In this document: positions 10,103 through 20,030 of the stretch, piece after piece | How the letters are laid out: every line of letters starts with the position of its first letter | How positions within the stretch are numbered: the stretch's first letter is position 1 | Assembly: GCA_049516635.1 (NCBI GenBank) | Contig: JBEKSX010000010.1 | Coordinates: 6,541 to 70,540, forward strand | Direction: 5' to 3' | Origin: Ignavibacteria bacterium | Lineage (GTDB): Bacteria; Bacteroidota; Ignavibacteria; Tepidaquicellales; OLB5 | Length of the DNA stretch: 64,000 bases | Translations under genes and position numbers: made by a program | Notes under the pieces: generated by a model | Database searches by the model: none | Seen by the model: the letters and a program-made list of their open reading frames with translations, nothing else | Told to the model about the DNA's origin: nothing

Positions 10103-11362
10103 ATGTTCGATACTGGAAATACAGGCTTTATGCTTCTCGCCACTAGTCTTGTAATGCTCATGACTCCCGGTCTGGCATTCTTCTATGGCGGTCTGGTCGG
10201 CAGGAGAAACGTACTTGCGATCATGATACAAAGCTTCATGTCAATGGGCTTAACTACCGTGATCTGGTGGCTCGTCGGTTACTCAATGTGTTTTAGCGGG
10301 GATTATGCCTCAGGCACAGATTTATTTGGTATCTTAGGAAACTTTAAGCTATCATTCCTCGCAGGTGTAGGACCTACCACGCCAGCTCCCATTAATCCGT
10401 CAATACCATTATATGTATTCGTTGCATACCAGATGATGTTCGCGATAATTACACCTGCACTAATTACAGGTGCATTTACAAACAGAGTTAGGTTCGGAGC
10501 GTATACAACTTTCCTCGTGTTATGGCTACTGTTAGTTTATTTTCCGTTCGTCCATATGATCTGGGGCGGAGGGATCCTTGCTTATTGGGGCATCAAGGAT
10601 TTTGCCGGAGGAATTGTTGTGCACAATATTGCCGGTTTTGCTGCTTTAGCCTCTGTATATTATGTAGGTAAGCGCAAAGTCGCGGATCCCGGTTACCATA
10701 ATGTTCCTCTAATTGCTTTAGGCACGGGACTCTTATGGTTCGGATGGTACGGATTCAATGCAGGCAGCGAAGTTGGCGTAGACAGCATTACAGCTACAGC
10801 ATTTCTGAATACGGATGTTGCGGCATCTTTTGCAGCAGTTGTATGGCTGATTCTCGCATGGTGGCTTGAAAAGAAACCTAAACTTGTTGGACTTCTTACA
10901 GGGGCTGTAGCGGGGCTCGCTACAATTACGCCGGCTTCCGGTTATGTTTCAGTAAAAGCCGCCGTTATCATCGGTATCCTTGCCGGAGTTGTTTGTTACT
11001 TTGCCATATCTTTGAAAAATAAAATGAAATGGGATGATTCACTTGATGTTTGGGGTGTCCATGGAGTGGGAGGTATGCTCGGTATAATCTGTCTCGGACT
11101 GTTCGCTACACTCACAGTTAATCCTAACGGATCGAATGGATTACTACATGGAGATGCCGGGTTTTTCGGCAAAGAGGTAGTTGCAGTAATTATCAGCTCG
11201 ATCTACGCATTCGTATTCAGTTATGCTATGTTATGGGTAATAAATAAATTTACAAGGGTACGATTGACCGAGCAAGAAGAAGCTATGGGGCTTGATATCA
11301 CATTACACGGGGAAGAAGCATACGCAATGGATTTTAATCCCGATGTGTTAAAAACAAAATAA
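10103..11362 (+). CDS. amt: Ammonium transporter (Amt family)
   Basis: 419 aa with LMTPGLAFFYGGLV, DFAGGIVVHNIAGFAALA and WFGWYGFNAGS. AAGGAGG Shine-Dalgarno site 7 nt upstream of the ATG. Confidence 0.95.
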   Translation: MFDTGNTGFMLLATSLVMLMTPGLAFFYGGLVGRRNVLAIMIQSFMSMGLTTVIWWLVGYSMCFSGDYASGTDLFGILGNFKLSFLAGVGPTTPAPINPSIPLYVFVAYQMMFAIITPALITGAFTNRVRFGAYTTFLVLWLLLVYFPFVHMIWGGGILAYWGIKDFAGGIVVHNIAGFAALASVYYVGKRKVADPGYHNVPLIALGTGLLWFGWYGFNAGSEVGVDSITATAFLNTDVAASFAAVVWLILAWWLEKKPKLVGLLTGAVAGLATITPASGYVSVKAAVIIGILAGVVCYFAISLKNKMKWDDSLDVWGVHGVGGMLGIICLGLFATLTVNPNGSNGLLHGDAGFFGKEVVAVIISSIYAFVFSYAMLWVINKFTRVRLTEQEEAMGLDITLHGEEAYAMDFNPDVLKTK

Positions 11363-11394
11363 GATATTAACTTAAGTGCATTTATTTTCAAAAA

Positions 11395-11422
11395 GGACGG
11401 TTTGCATACCGTCCTTTTTTTT
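11395..11422. terminator. Intrinsic terminator between convergent amt and methyltransferase genes
   Basis: GGACGGT (11395-11401), 6-nt loop, ACCGTCC (11408-11414), then T8. An A-run lies upstream, so it could work in both directions. Confidence 0.7.
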
Positions 11423-11458
11423 ATCTTAAACAATTTATTCAATCTTCAAAACAAGATA

Positions 11459-12235
11459 TCATTTGTCAGGATATCCGATAAGATAAGTAATTTTTGTGCC
11501 AAAAATATTTTTTAACTTCCCTGATTCCCACCTGTAATTCAGATTTAGATCCTTTGTAAAAGCCAGCAATTCTCCGGGAGTATACATACACAGCATTGAT
11601 ACAATTCCGTCCCAGAGTGCAAAAAATGGTATCAAAGGTATAATATATGTAAAAAATAACCTGCTTATCTTAAATGGTCTGATGAAGGGTGTTACAAGAA
11701 CGTATAATAAGGGCGTTGCAATTATTACTGCAATGATATCGAATATTCTTCTCTCACCTGCTTCAAAAATCCCGATCGGTACTTTTTTCTTTGCCGCATC
11801 TTCCAGTACAGAAATTGCATATTCTTCATTGAAGTGATGAAAAGCTGAAAATAAGGTCCTCATACCGGTTAGATTATCCGGAACTGATGCAGCATCAACA
11901 GATTCTTCCGCGTAATCAATTTCACCCGTTTTTTTCTTTATAAACTTAAAGAACGCACGATTCGGGTAAACATCGGATAATGTAATTTTTACATTACCCG
12001 GAATTGGGTTATTTAAATAGCTGTTCAACCTCATCATATATCCACCCCCGCCCGAACACAGATCGATAATATGTGATACGTTCCCTCTATTAATTAACTC
12101 TTTAATGAGAGGAACAGCGGGTTTATATACATCCCAGAGATCGATTAAAAATCTTAGATAATCGGTTATCCCGTTCCTGATAAAATCAGGGAACCAGCTA
12201 AAATCTTCGAACTCGAAAAGATGAAAACGTTTCAT
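11459..12235 (-). CDS. Class I SAM-dependent methyltransferase with hydrophobic C-terminal segment
   Basis: Glycine-rich SAM loop IIDLCSGGGGY. The C-terminal ~90 aa are hydrophobic. I moved the start to ATG 12235 (MKRFHLFEFEDF...) because the 26 upstream codons in the track are AT-rich and low-complexity. Confidence 0.6.
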   Translation of the reverse strand: MKRFHLFEFEDFSWFPDFIRNGITDYLRFLIDLWDVYKPAVPLIKELINRGNVSHIIDLCSGGGGYMMRLNSYLNNPIPGNVKITLSDVYPNRAFFKFIKKKTGEIDYAEESVDAASVPDNLTGMRTLFSAFHHFNEEYAISVLEDAAKKKVPIGIFEAGERRIFDIIAVIIATPLLYVLVTPFIRPFKISRLFFTYIIPLIPFFALWDGIVSMLCMYTPGELLAFTKDLNLNYRWESGKLKNIFGTKITYLIGYPDK

Positions 12236-12409
12236 AAAATCATGTAATAATACTAATATCTTTTTTTTATTTAAACATATTATGATAATATTCAAATATA
12301 TACTGATTAGCACAAAATTTATAATTTACAAATTTAATAATTATGAGTAAGTTATGCATTATTTTTTACTTTTCTTATAAGCATAACTATATTAATACGG
12401 AGAAACATT

Positions 12410-12772
12410 ATGACTGACATCATTCTTTATTTATTACTTGGATTAGCTGCAGGGGTACTTAGCGGATTGATAGGCATAGGCGGCGGGATTCTGATAGTCC
12501 CCGTGCTCGTGCTTTTATTTGGTTTTACACAACATCAGGCACAGGGAACCAGTCTGGCTGTTCTTTTGCTTCCTATTGGGTTGCTCGCTGTCTGGACCTA
12601 CTATCAGGCAGGACATGTGAACATAAAAGCAGGTGCATTCATAGCACTGGGATTCTTTTTAGGGGGGTTGGTAGGCGCCAAATTTGCAACCGGTATATCA
12701 GATGAGATACTGCAAAAAATATTCGGAATCGCCTTATTGTTGATATCAATAAAAATGATCTTCTTTAAGTGA
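12410..12772 (+). CDS. Half-size TSUP (TauE/SafE-like) membrane transporter
   Basis: 120 aa with four predicted helices, GLIGIGGGILIVPVL and QAQGTSLAVLLLP motifs. GGAG Shine-Dalgarno site upstream. Confidence 0.6.
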   Translation: MTDIILYLLLGLAAGVLSGLIGIGGGILIVPVLVLLFGFTQHQAQGTSLAVLLLPIGLLAVWTYYQAGHVNIKAGAFIALGFFLGGLVGAKFATGISDEILQKIFGIALLLISIKMIFFK

Positions 12773-12956
12773 AAGAGCAATAAGCTGTAATACTGAATTA
12801 AATAAAAATACATATCTTCGACACATAAACCGGCAGCAATAATACATTATTCGATATTAATTCAAGTATCTTTTTCTCTGACCTGCTTTCAAACTGTACT
12901 AAATTTAAATGTTTACATTTATTAATAAGCATAATAAAAATAAAATTATTTTGGTA

Positions 12957-12985
12957 TTGAATTATGGAATCTATTATCGTATATT
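12957..12985 (+). promoter_or_regulatory. Sigma-70-like promoter of the ars operon
   Basis: TTGAAT (12957-12962), 17-nt spacer, TATATT (12980-12985). It lies 23 nt upstream of the arsR ATG. Confidence 0.4.
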
Positions 12986-12992
12986 TACGATA
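12975..12992. promoter_or_regulatory. Perfect 7-4-7 palindrome over the -10 box, candidate ArsR operator
   Basis: TATCGTA-TATT-TACGATA, read directly. It is centred on the predicted -10 box and lies 16 nt upstream of the arsR start. Confidence 0.4.
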
Positions 12993-13007
12993 TAAGATTA
13001 ATATAAA

Positions 13008-13349
13008 ATGGCATTAAATAAAAAAGAAGAATTTCCAAAAATAGAGAACAGGGTTGCATCATTTGCAAAAGCGCTCTCCCATCCGGCAAGGATAGCGATC
13101 CTAAAAAAACTGGCTGATGAAAATAAATGCATCTGCGGAAAGATAGTTGATGTGATGCCTCTCTCACAATCAACGGTCTCACAGCATCTTAAAGAGCTGA
13201 GAGATGCGGGTTTGATACAGGGAGAAATTGAAGGTGCATCCTCAATGTATTGTATTAACTGGAATAATTTAAACAGGGAAATTAAAGCTATTTTAGAATT
13301 TTTTGGACAACTTAAAGATAAATTTTCTAGGATAGAATGTTGTAAATAA
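13008..13349 (+). CDS. arsR: ArsR/SmtB-family metalloregulator
   Basis: 113 aa with LSHPARIAILKKLADENKCICGKIVDVMPLSQSTVSQHLKELRDAGLI (winged HTH with Cys pair). First gene of the ars cluster. Confidence 0.85.
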   Translation: MALNKKEEFPKIENRVASFAKALSHPARIAILKKLADENKCICGKIVDVMPLSQSTVSQHLKELRDAGLIQGEIEGASSMYCINWNNLNREIKAILEFFGQLKDKFSRIECCK

Positions 13350-13377
13350 AAAATTAATAATTAAATCATCAAGTAAA

Positions 13378-14226
13378 ATGGAAACAAACGAAGAAATCAA
13401 AACAATAGTAAAAGAAAGATACGGTAAAGTTGCGGAACAATCTCAACCAAAGGAAAAATCATCTTGCGGCTGCGGCTGTTCATCCGATACGGTCGATTAT
13501 TCGGTGTTCGATCTGGACTATGCCGGTTTAAAAGGCTATAACCCTGATGCAGATTTAGCGCTTGGCTGCGGTTTGCCCACAGAATATGCAAAAATAAAAG
13601 AGGGTGATACTGTTATTGACCTTGGTTCCGGAGCAGGCAATGATGTTTTTGTTGCAAGAGCACTGGTTGGAGAAAAAGGCAAAGTCATTGGGATCGATTT
13701 TACGGAAGAAATGATAAAAAAAGCCAATGAGAATAACCAGAAACTGGGTTTTAGCAATGTTCAATTCATATACGGCGATATCGAAAATATTCCGGTTATT
13801 AAAGATATTGCCGATGTTGTGATCAGCAACTGTGTCCTCAATCTCGTTCCCGATAAAGAAAAAGCGTTCAAGGAAATATATAGAATCCTGAAGCCCGGCG
13901 GTCACATATCTGTTTCAGATATTGTTATGAATGGGACATTACCTTCGGCTATCAGATCGGTTGCCGAACTATACGCAGCATGTATTTCAGGTGCGATTGA
14001 GAAAGCTGAATATCTTGACATAATTAAAAGATCAGGTTTCGAAAATATCAGGATAGATAAAGAAAAGACAATAACTCTTTCCGATGAGACAATACTTAAA
14101 TATATAAGCAAAGAAGATCTCGATAGTTATAAAAAATCAGGCGCTTATGCTGTGAGTATTAATGTCTATGCAGAGAAACCGGCATCGAAAGATAGCAGTG
14201 AAAAAACAGGCTGTTGTCAGAATTAA
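13378..14226 (+). CDS. arsM: Arsenite S-adenosylmethionine methyltransferase
   Basis: 282 aa with VKERYGKVAEQ, an N-terminal Cys cluster SCGCGCSS, LALGCGLP, the SAM loop VIDLGSGAGNDVF, VISNCVLNLVPDKEKAF and PGGHISVSDIV. Confidence 0.85.
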   Translation: METNEEIKTIVKERYGKVAEQSQPKEKSSCGCGCSSDTVDYSVFDLDYAGLKGYNPDADLALGCGLPTEYAKIKEGDTVIDLGSGAGNDVFVARALVGEKGKVIGIDFTEEMIKKANENNQKLGFSNVQFIYGDIENIPVIKDIADVVISNCVLNLVPDKEKAFKEIYRILKPGGHISVSDIVMNGTLPSAIRSVAELYAACISGAIEKAEYLDIIKRSGFENIRIDKEKTITLSDETILKYISKEDLDSYKKSGAYAVSINVYAEKPASKDSSEKTGCCQN

Positions 14227-14260
14227 AATAGCCAAACATACAAAGAAAGGAATACATCAA

Positions 14261-14524
14261 ATGAAGTTGAATGCTCATCTCAAAGAACTGATTGCAATCG
14301 GCGCATCTATTGCAGCAAATTGTCAGCCGTGCTTGAAATATCATACAGGAAAAGCTCTCGAATATGGTGCGGAAGAATCTGAAATAGCAGAAGCAATCGA
14401 AGTTGGAACAATGGTCAGGAAAGGGGCTGCCGCTAATATGGATAAATTCGCTTTGGAATTGCGTAAGGCTTCTGTCTCCGACCAAAATTCAACAGATAAA
14501 GAATGCGGTTGTACGAAAAATTAA
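14261..14524 (+). CDS. Carboxymuconolactone decarboxylase (AhpD-like) family protein
   Basis: I moved the start to ATG 14261 (MKLNAHLKELIAIGASIAANCQPCLKYH...), which has AAAGAAAGG upstream. The track start at 14162 overlaps arsM. A CxxC motif is present in the AhpD-like helix. Confidence 0.7.
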   Translation: MKLNAHLKELIAIGASIAANCQPCLKYHTGKALEYGAEESEIAEAIEVGTMVRKGAAANMDKFALELRKASVSDQNSTDKECGCTKN

Positions 14525-14541
14525 TTCTTGATAAATAAATT

Positions 14542-14970
14542 ATGAATAAAATTAAAGTATTATTCATTTGTGTTCACAATAGCGCCCGGAGCCAGATGGC
14601 AGAAGCTTTCTTAAATCATCTAGCCGGTGATAAATTTCACGCTGAGAGTGCTGGATTAGAACCTGGGGTATTAAATCCCCTGGTTGTAAAGGCCATGCAG
14701 GAAATTGGATTAGATATTTCAGGAAATAAAACTTCCAGTGTATTTCAATTTTTTAAAGAGGGCAGAAATTATGAATATGTCATTACAGTATGTGATAGAG
14801 AAGCTGAAGAAAAATGTCCTATCTTTCCAGGAAAAACAAAGAGGATCAACTGGTCATTTCCGGATCCTTCTGCTTTTACCGGTTCTGATGAAGAAAAATT
14901 GATACTGATTAGAGAAGTACGAGATAATATAAAAGAGAAAATCTCAAATTTCATTCAAAAAGGGAATTAA
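14542..14970 (+). CDS. arsC: Arsenate reductase, LMW-PTP (thioredoxin-coupled) type
   Basis: 142 aa. P-loop [19 protein letters not shown], plus downstream Cys residues ([15 protein letters not shown]). Confidence 0.85.
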   Translation: MNKIKVLFICVHNSARSQMAEAFLNHLAGDKFHAESAGLEPGVLNPLVVKAMQEIGLDISGNKTSSVFQFFKEGRNYEYVITVCDREAEEKCPIFPGKTKRINWSFPDPSAFTGSDEEKLILIREVRDNIKEKISNFIQKGN

Positions 14971-14990
14971 AGTCAGGATCCAAATTAACT

Positions 14991-16052
14991 ATGAATACAG
15001 TCACTAAACGCCTTTCATTTTTAGACAGGTATTTAACCCTTTGGATATTTGCTGTAATGTTTATTGCAGTAATAGCAGGATACTTTTCCCCGCGTATAGT
15101 AGATTTCTGGAATAGTTTCCAGTCCGGAACAACAAACGTGCCGATAGCTATAGGGCTGATACTGATGATGTACCCTCCATTAGCAAAAGTAAAATACGAA
15201 GAGCTTGGAGACGTTTTCAGAAACATAAAAGTATTATCTCTTTCCCTCATCCAGAATTGGGTTATCGGACCTGTTTTGATGTTCTTCCTGGCTATAATTT
15301 TTCTGCAAGACATGCCTCACTATATGACGGGACTCATATTAATCGGTCTTGCAAGATGTATAGCTATGGTAATAGTCTGGAATGAGCTCGCAAAAGGTGA
15401 TACCGAATATGCTGCCGGACTTGTAGCATTTAACTCAATATTTCAGGTTTTGTTCTTTTCTGTTTATGCGTATATATTTATAACTGTTCTTCCTCCCATG
15501 CTGGGACTAAAAGGATTTATTGTTAATATTACAATCGGGCAAATTGCCAAGAGTGTGTTCATTTACCTTGGGATTCCTTTTATTGCAGGTGTTATTACAA
15601 GATTTTCATTGATAAAATTGAAGGGTAAGGAATGGTATCATAAGAAATTCATACCTAAAATCAGCCCCATTACACTTATTGCGCTGTTATTTACAATTTT
15701 TGTAATGTTCACCCTCAAAGGTGAATATATAGTCAAAATTCCATTAGATGTTGTCCGAATTGCTATCCCGCTTCTTTTATACTTTGTAATAATGTTCTTC
15801 ATTTCTTTTTTCCTCGGGAAAAAAATTGGTGCGGGTTATTCAAAGACTGCAACTCTTTCATTTACAGCTGCCAGTAATAATTTCGAGCTGGCAATTGCTG
15901 TAGCGGTAGCTGTCTTTGGCATAAACTCGGGTGAAGCATTCGCTGCAGTAATTGGTCCCCTGGTTGAAGTACCTGTTATGATAGCACTCGTTAATGTAGC
16001 TCTGTGGTTCGGGAAAAAATATTTTTCAGAAGAAGCTCTTGCAGTAAATTAA
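14991..16052 (+). CDS. acr3: ACR3-family arsenite efflux permease
   Basis: 353 aa, about 10 TM helices. [14 protein letters not shown]-terminus, [28 protein letters not shown]. Confidence 0.9.
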   Translation: MNTVTKRLSFLDRYLTLWIFAVMFIAVIAGYFSPRIVDFWNSFQSGTTNVPIAIGLILMMYPPLAKVKYEELGDVFRNIKVLSLSLIQNWVIGPVLMFFLAIIFLQDMPHYMTGLILIGLARCIAMVIVWNELAKGDTEYAAGLVAFNSIFQVLFFSVYAYIFITVLPPMLGLKGFIVNITIGQIAKSVFIYLGIPFIAGVITRFSLIKLKGKEWYHKKFIPKISPITLIALLFTIFVMFTLKGEYIVKIPLDVVRIAIPLLLYFVIMFFISFFLGKKIGAGYSKTATLSFTAASNNFELAIAVAVAVFGINSGEAFAAVIGPLVEVPVMIALVNVALWFGKKYFSEEALAVN

Positions 16053-16152
16053 TCTGTGAAGTAACGTGGTAATGTTTATCTTATATATAATGCATCCTGA
16101 GCAGAATTATTATTCCTACTGAGAAATAATAGATACTTGAGAAGGAAAAATA

Positions 16153-16428
16153 CTAGGCTATTATTTTCGGTTTGGTGTGGCCGGCGTGTATAATAAGCTT
16201 CGGAACTGTATAAGGATCAGAACATGACTTGAACTCCTTCTCGGTTAGTTCTATCGCAGCATCGAAGTCCACATCATCTTTAAACCTTGCAAACCATAGA
16301 GAAGAAAATTCTCTGCCAAAATTCTTGATTATCACCCACTTTTTTTCCTGAAGGCGTACAAAAATTTTGTCTTTCTGATCTCTATCGATGGATGGGAATT
16401 CAGCATTAACTCCTACGTACAATGACAT
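16153..16428 (-). CDS. Hypothetical 91-aa protein
   Basis: Only long ORF in this gap. It is on the same strand as, and downstream of, the GH130/GT4 pair. I recognise no motif. Confidence 0.35.
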   Translation of the reverse strand: MSLYVGVNAEFPSIDRDQKDKIFVRLQEKKWVIIKNFGREFSSLWFARFKDDVDFDAAIELTEKEFKSCSDPYTVPKLIIHAGHTKPKIIA

Positions 16429-16561
16429 ATTAACCTCTCTTTTGTTTTAAACATAATTAAATAATTGTATTAATAACAGTATATCTCATTTTTCAAGTAT
16501 ATTCAAGTGGATAACTATACATCCGGGAGGCAGACTTCAGATGTATTGACCGAAAATATTT

Positions 16562-18835
16562 TTATTTTAGTGCGAGACCCCTTCGAATATTAATCATCCT
16601 GTGAAGTGAAATGAGCCAGCTCAGAGTGGACTCTGCGCCCATATTTTGGTTGGTGTAGTAAGAACTTAATCCATCGAAACAACCGCCGGTAGAATAATCA
16701 TATAGTGTCTCCCCTCTTATATTGTGTCCCAAAAACCAATTGAATATAACAGTAATTCTTTTCATCCATGCATCATCACTCGTTATTTTATAAGCTTGGT
16801 AGCATGCATCTATCAAACCCGGTATTTCTACAGGCTGTTGATCGTAATTTGCTTTCTCGCCTCCCCTTTTGTACCACCCGTTATTACCTATCAGGGAAAG
16901 GTAATTATTCCTTTTATCATATTGAATATCAAACAGCCACTGGAGAGATTCTAGTCCTTGAGTAATATATTCTTTATGCTTGAAAAAAGTTCCTGCCATC
17001 AGCAATGCCTGCGGTAGTCTGCCATTGCTGTATGCAACAACATCCTCGAACCATTTCCATTTCTGATCGGACGTATTAATATAGAGTCTGGATATTTTTG
17101 AGGCAAATGTTCTGCATATCTTAGCAATATCCCGCGCACCTGAAAATCTGCTTAAATAAAAAATACATCCGATAAGAATTCTTGCAATGGCTCTGGGTGA
17201 TGTGAAATTCAGAGTATGAGGAAGGGCCTGGTCGAATAATGATTTGCACAAGGGTAAATACGATTCCAAGGGAGGGTTCTTGATCAGATATCCTAACACA
17301 AAAAGTACGCGTGAATTTGATTCCTCGGAACCGACTTCTTCCAGCCAGGTTCTGTTGTAGCTCATAAAATTCCTGAATAAACCTGCATCTTTATTATAAG
17401 CATGCAGGATGTATGACAGATATATATTCATATAACTTGCTAAGAAATCACTGTTAAATATGTTCCTGTTCAATACAGACACGAGCAGGGCTCGGGCACA
17501 GTCGTCGGAACAGTAACCTTCACTCCTATCGGGAATGGCAAATTTAGAGTGCTGAAATATTCCGCCGGTCATATCGGTTAAGCATATCATATGATTCAGC
17601 TTAACTTCAGGTAATGAAGGAAAAGCCGAAAATCTCTCCTTCGGAATCGGCAGGTTTGTAACCTTCTTGTAATCCTCCCTTGTTCTCTGAAATACATCAA
17701 GATAACGTGAAGCAACTTTGCTCCATATCATTTCTCTCCCTTTGTCATATGCGTTTTTTCTGAAACGTATCCTCTTATTTTCCGAAGTAATTAGATCTGT
17801 TACAGCTGCGGCGATCGCATCGGGATCTTTGAATGGGACAAGAACTCCCGTTCCGTCACCTATAATGTCTATTGCATGCAGGTATGGTGTAGATATGATC
17901 GCCTTCCCGCAGGCAAGTGCATAAGAAAGTGTCCCCGAAACTATCTGTTCTTTATGCTGATACGGACTAATGTAAATATCTGACATGAGCAGAAATTCGA
18001 GAAGTTCTTTATTATCAACAAACCTGTTTATAAACATTACATGGTCAGTAATTGAATTTTTTCTAACACAGTTTTCCAGGTAATTTCTATAAGCTTCGCC
18101 GTTACTCTTCTTGACATTGGGATGAGTTGCACCAAGAATAATATAGATTACTTCAGGGTGTTTTTTGATTATTTTGGGTATGGAGTTAATGACATCCTCA
18201 ATTCCCTTACCCGGGCTTAATAAACCAAACGTAAGCAGTACTTTTCGGTCGGATAATTGAAGGTTATCTTTATAATAAGCAGGATCCATGAAAGGTACAT
18301 CAGGTACACCGTGGGGGATGTAAATAATTTTATTTTCCTGTATCCTGTATACCGTTTTTAGAATTTTGACAGCCCGCTCTGCCTGCACTATCATAGCGGA
18401 TGAGAAATGAAGTATTTCATTCGTTATTTTCAGCTGTTCTTCCGTAGGTTCCTCAAGAACCGTGTGTAGCGTAGTTACTACAGGCTTTTTCAGGTTTTCG
18501 AGCAAGTAGATAATATTGGAACCGTTCTCACCGCCGAATATTCCGAATTCGTGCTGGACGTTTACTACTTCGATCTGGGAAAGGTTCATATAATATGCGG
18601 CCTCTTTGTAATCGTTTATCTCCTGATCTTTTATCTCAAACTTAACCTCATTACCGTATTTATATCCTTCAGGTGTATTGGTTAAGGCTGCTATCTGAAC
18701 GTACCTGCTATCCTCAAGTTTATCTTCGTTCATTAATTTGTTCACAGATTCGGCGAGGTTGTTCGTAAACGTTCCGATCCCGCATTGTCTCGGAACGTAT
18801 GTCGATACAAAAGAAATATTTATCTTGTTATACAT
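16562..18835 (-). CDS. Glycosyltransferase family 4 domain fused to a ~370-aa C-terminal domain of unknown function
   Basis: 757 aa. The N-terminal half is GT-B/GT4-like (ISFVSTYVPRQCGIGTFTNNL, LLTFGLLSPGKGIED, a region resembling the GT4 EX7E catalytic block: YISPYQHKEQIVSGTLSYALACGKAIISTP). The C-terminal half is helix-rich (…WLEEVGSEESNSRVLFVLGYL…GRLPQALLMAG…), possibly an alpha/alpha toroid. Confidence 0.75.
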   Translation of the reverse strand: MYNKINISFVSTYVPRQCGIGTFTNNLAESVNKLMNEDKLEDSRYVQIAALTNTPEGYKYGNEVKFEIKDQEINDYKEAAYYMNLSQIEVVNVQHEFGIFGGENGSNIIYLLENLKKPVVTTLHTVLEEPTEEQLKITNEILHFSSAMIVQAERAVKILKTVYRIQENKIIYIPHGVPDVPFMDPAYYKDNLQLSDRKVLLTFGLLSPGKGIEDVINSIPKIIKKHPEVIYIILGATHPNVKKSNGEAYRNYLENCVRKNSITDHVMFINRFVDNKELLEFLLMSDIYISPYQHKEQIVSGTLSYALACGKAIISTPYLHAIDIIGDGTGVLVPFKDPDAIAAAVTDLITSENKRIRFRKNAYDKGREMIWSKVASRYLDVFQRTREDYKKVTNLPIPKERFSAFPSLPEVKLNHMICLTDMTGGIFQHSKFAIPDRSEGYCSDDCARALLVSVLNRNIFNSDFLASYMNIYLSYILHAYNKDAGLFRNFMSYNRTWLEEVGSEESNSRVLFVLGYLIKNPPLESYLPLCKSLFDQALPHTLNFTSPRAIARILIGCIFYLSRFSGARDIAKICRTFASKISRLYINTSDQKWKWFEDVVAYSNGRLPQALLMAGTFFKHKEYITQGLESLQWLFDIQYDKRNNYLSLIGNNGWYKRGGEKANYDQQPVEIPGLIDACYQAYKITSDDAWMKRITVIFNWFLGHNIRGETLYDYSTGGCFDGLSSYYTNQNMGAESTLSWLISLHRMINIRRGLALK

Positions 18836-18876
18836 ATGACTACACTATTATTGATCTTTTCTATATTAGAACACTA

Positions 18877-19830
18877 TCAGCCATTAAGAATGAAATCCAA
18901 TACTTCATTTAAGGATGCAATGGCAACACAAATTGTGGTATCTGCAGCTCCATAATACATTATAAGGTCATCACCTCTCACAATCACACCGCAAGGGAAT
19001 GTTACATCAGGTACATCTCCTATCCTTTCGTAAAGCTCCTTGGGTCCGAAAACCCATTCATCACAGCGTCTGATAACTATATTGGGATCCTCCAGATCCA
19101 ATAATGCCAGCCCTAATCTATAGAGACTACCCGCTGCAGTATCTCTTACTCCATGGTAAATAATCAGCCATCCTTCTGATGTTTCGATGGGCGGCGGACC
19201 CAATCCAATCCTATGTGCATCCCACCAGCTGCCTTTTCTGGCCGGGATCAGTATGTTATTGTTTCCCCAATAAGTAAGGTCGGGTGAAAAGCTTATCCAT
19301 ATATGTGCCCCCATCTCTCTATGTGAAGGTGTAGGTCTATGAAGCAATGCCCAGAGCCCGTTGAAAAGCTTCGGGAATATCGAAGCATCTTTATCTTCAG
19401 GTGACATTATGATCCCAAGACGTTTAAACCTGACAAAATCCTCTGTAGTGGCAATCGACACAAGGGGTCCGCTCTTTGAAAATGATGTATAGACTATGGC
19501 GTATATATTAACATCTTCCATTTTAATGATCCTGGGATCTTCTATTCCGTAATGATCTTCGGGATGGTTTTCAAGATCGGGTTCCATGGTTGGCTTACTA
19601 TCGATTACCCAGTTTGTCAACCCGTCTTCGCTGACTGCTCTACTAAAATGCGAAAATCCTCTCATATCTTCTACTCTCACCAGCAGAAGAACTTTTCCCT
19701 GATACAAAGTTGCACCTGCATTGAATACAGTATTTACTTTGTAAGGCCACATGGAGGGAGTTAAAATCGGATTATCCTCGTACCTTTTAAAAAGCTCATT
19801 ATTCCTGTAATGATTTTGATAAATCGTCAT
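18877..19830 (-). CDS. Glycoside hydrolase family 130-like (beta-mannoside phosphorylase/hydrolase fold) protein
   Basis: 317 aa with FKRYEDNPILTP, TVFNAGATLYQGKVLLLVRVED, IEDPRI and GWLIIYHGV, typical of GH130/DUF377 five-bladed propellers. Confidence 0.8.
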   Translation of the reverse strand: MTIYQNHYRNNELFKRYEDNPILTPSMWPYKVNTVFNAGATLYQGKVLLLVRVEDMRGFSHFSRAVSEDGLTNWVIDSKPTMEPDLENHPEDHYGIEDPRIIKMEDVNIYAIVYTSFSKSGPLVSIATTEDFVRFKRLGIIMSPEDKDASIFPKLFNGLWALLHRPTPSHREMGAHIWISFSPDLTYWGNNNILIPARKGSWWDAHRIGLGPPPIETSEGWLIIYHGVRDTAAGSLYRLGLALLDLEDPNIVIRRCDEWVFGPKELYERIGDVPDVTFPCGVIVRGDDLIMYYGAADTTICVAIASLNEVLDFILNG

Positions 19831-20030
19831 AATTATAAAATGATATTTGTTCTATTCTGGTATCAGAATGAAATTAATTAAAAATAAAATCTTATTCTAT
19901 CAATATATCAATTTGAGAGTTAATTTAATATAGAAAAAAATGAGTTATCAATCATGCTGCTGCCATTTTAGACTTATAATAAATATAAATATATCATATT
20001 TTTTGGTAAAGTCTAATCTTTCAATTTATT

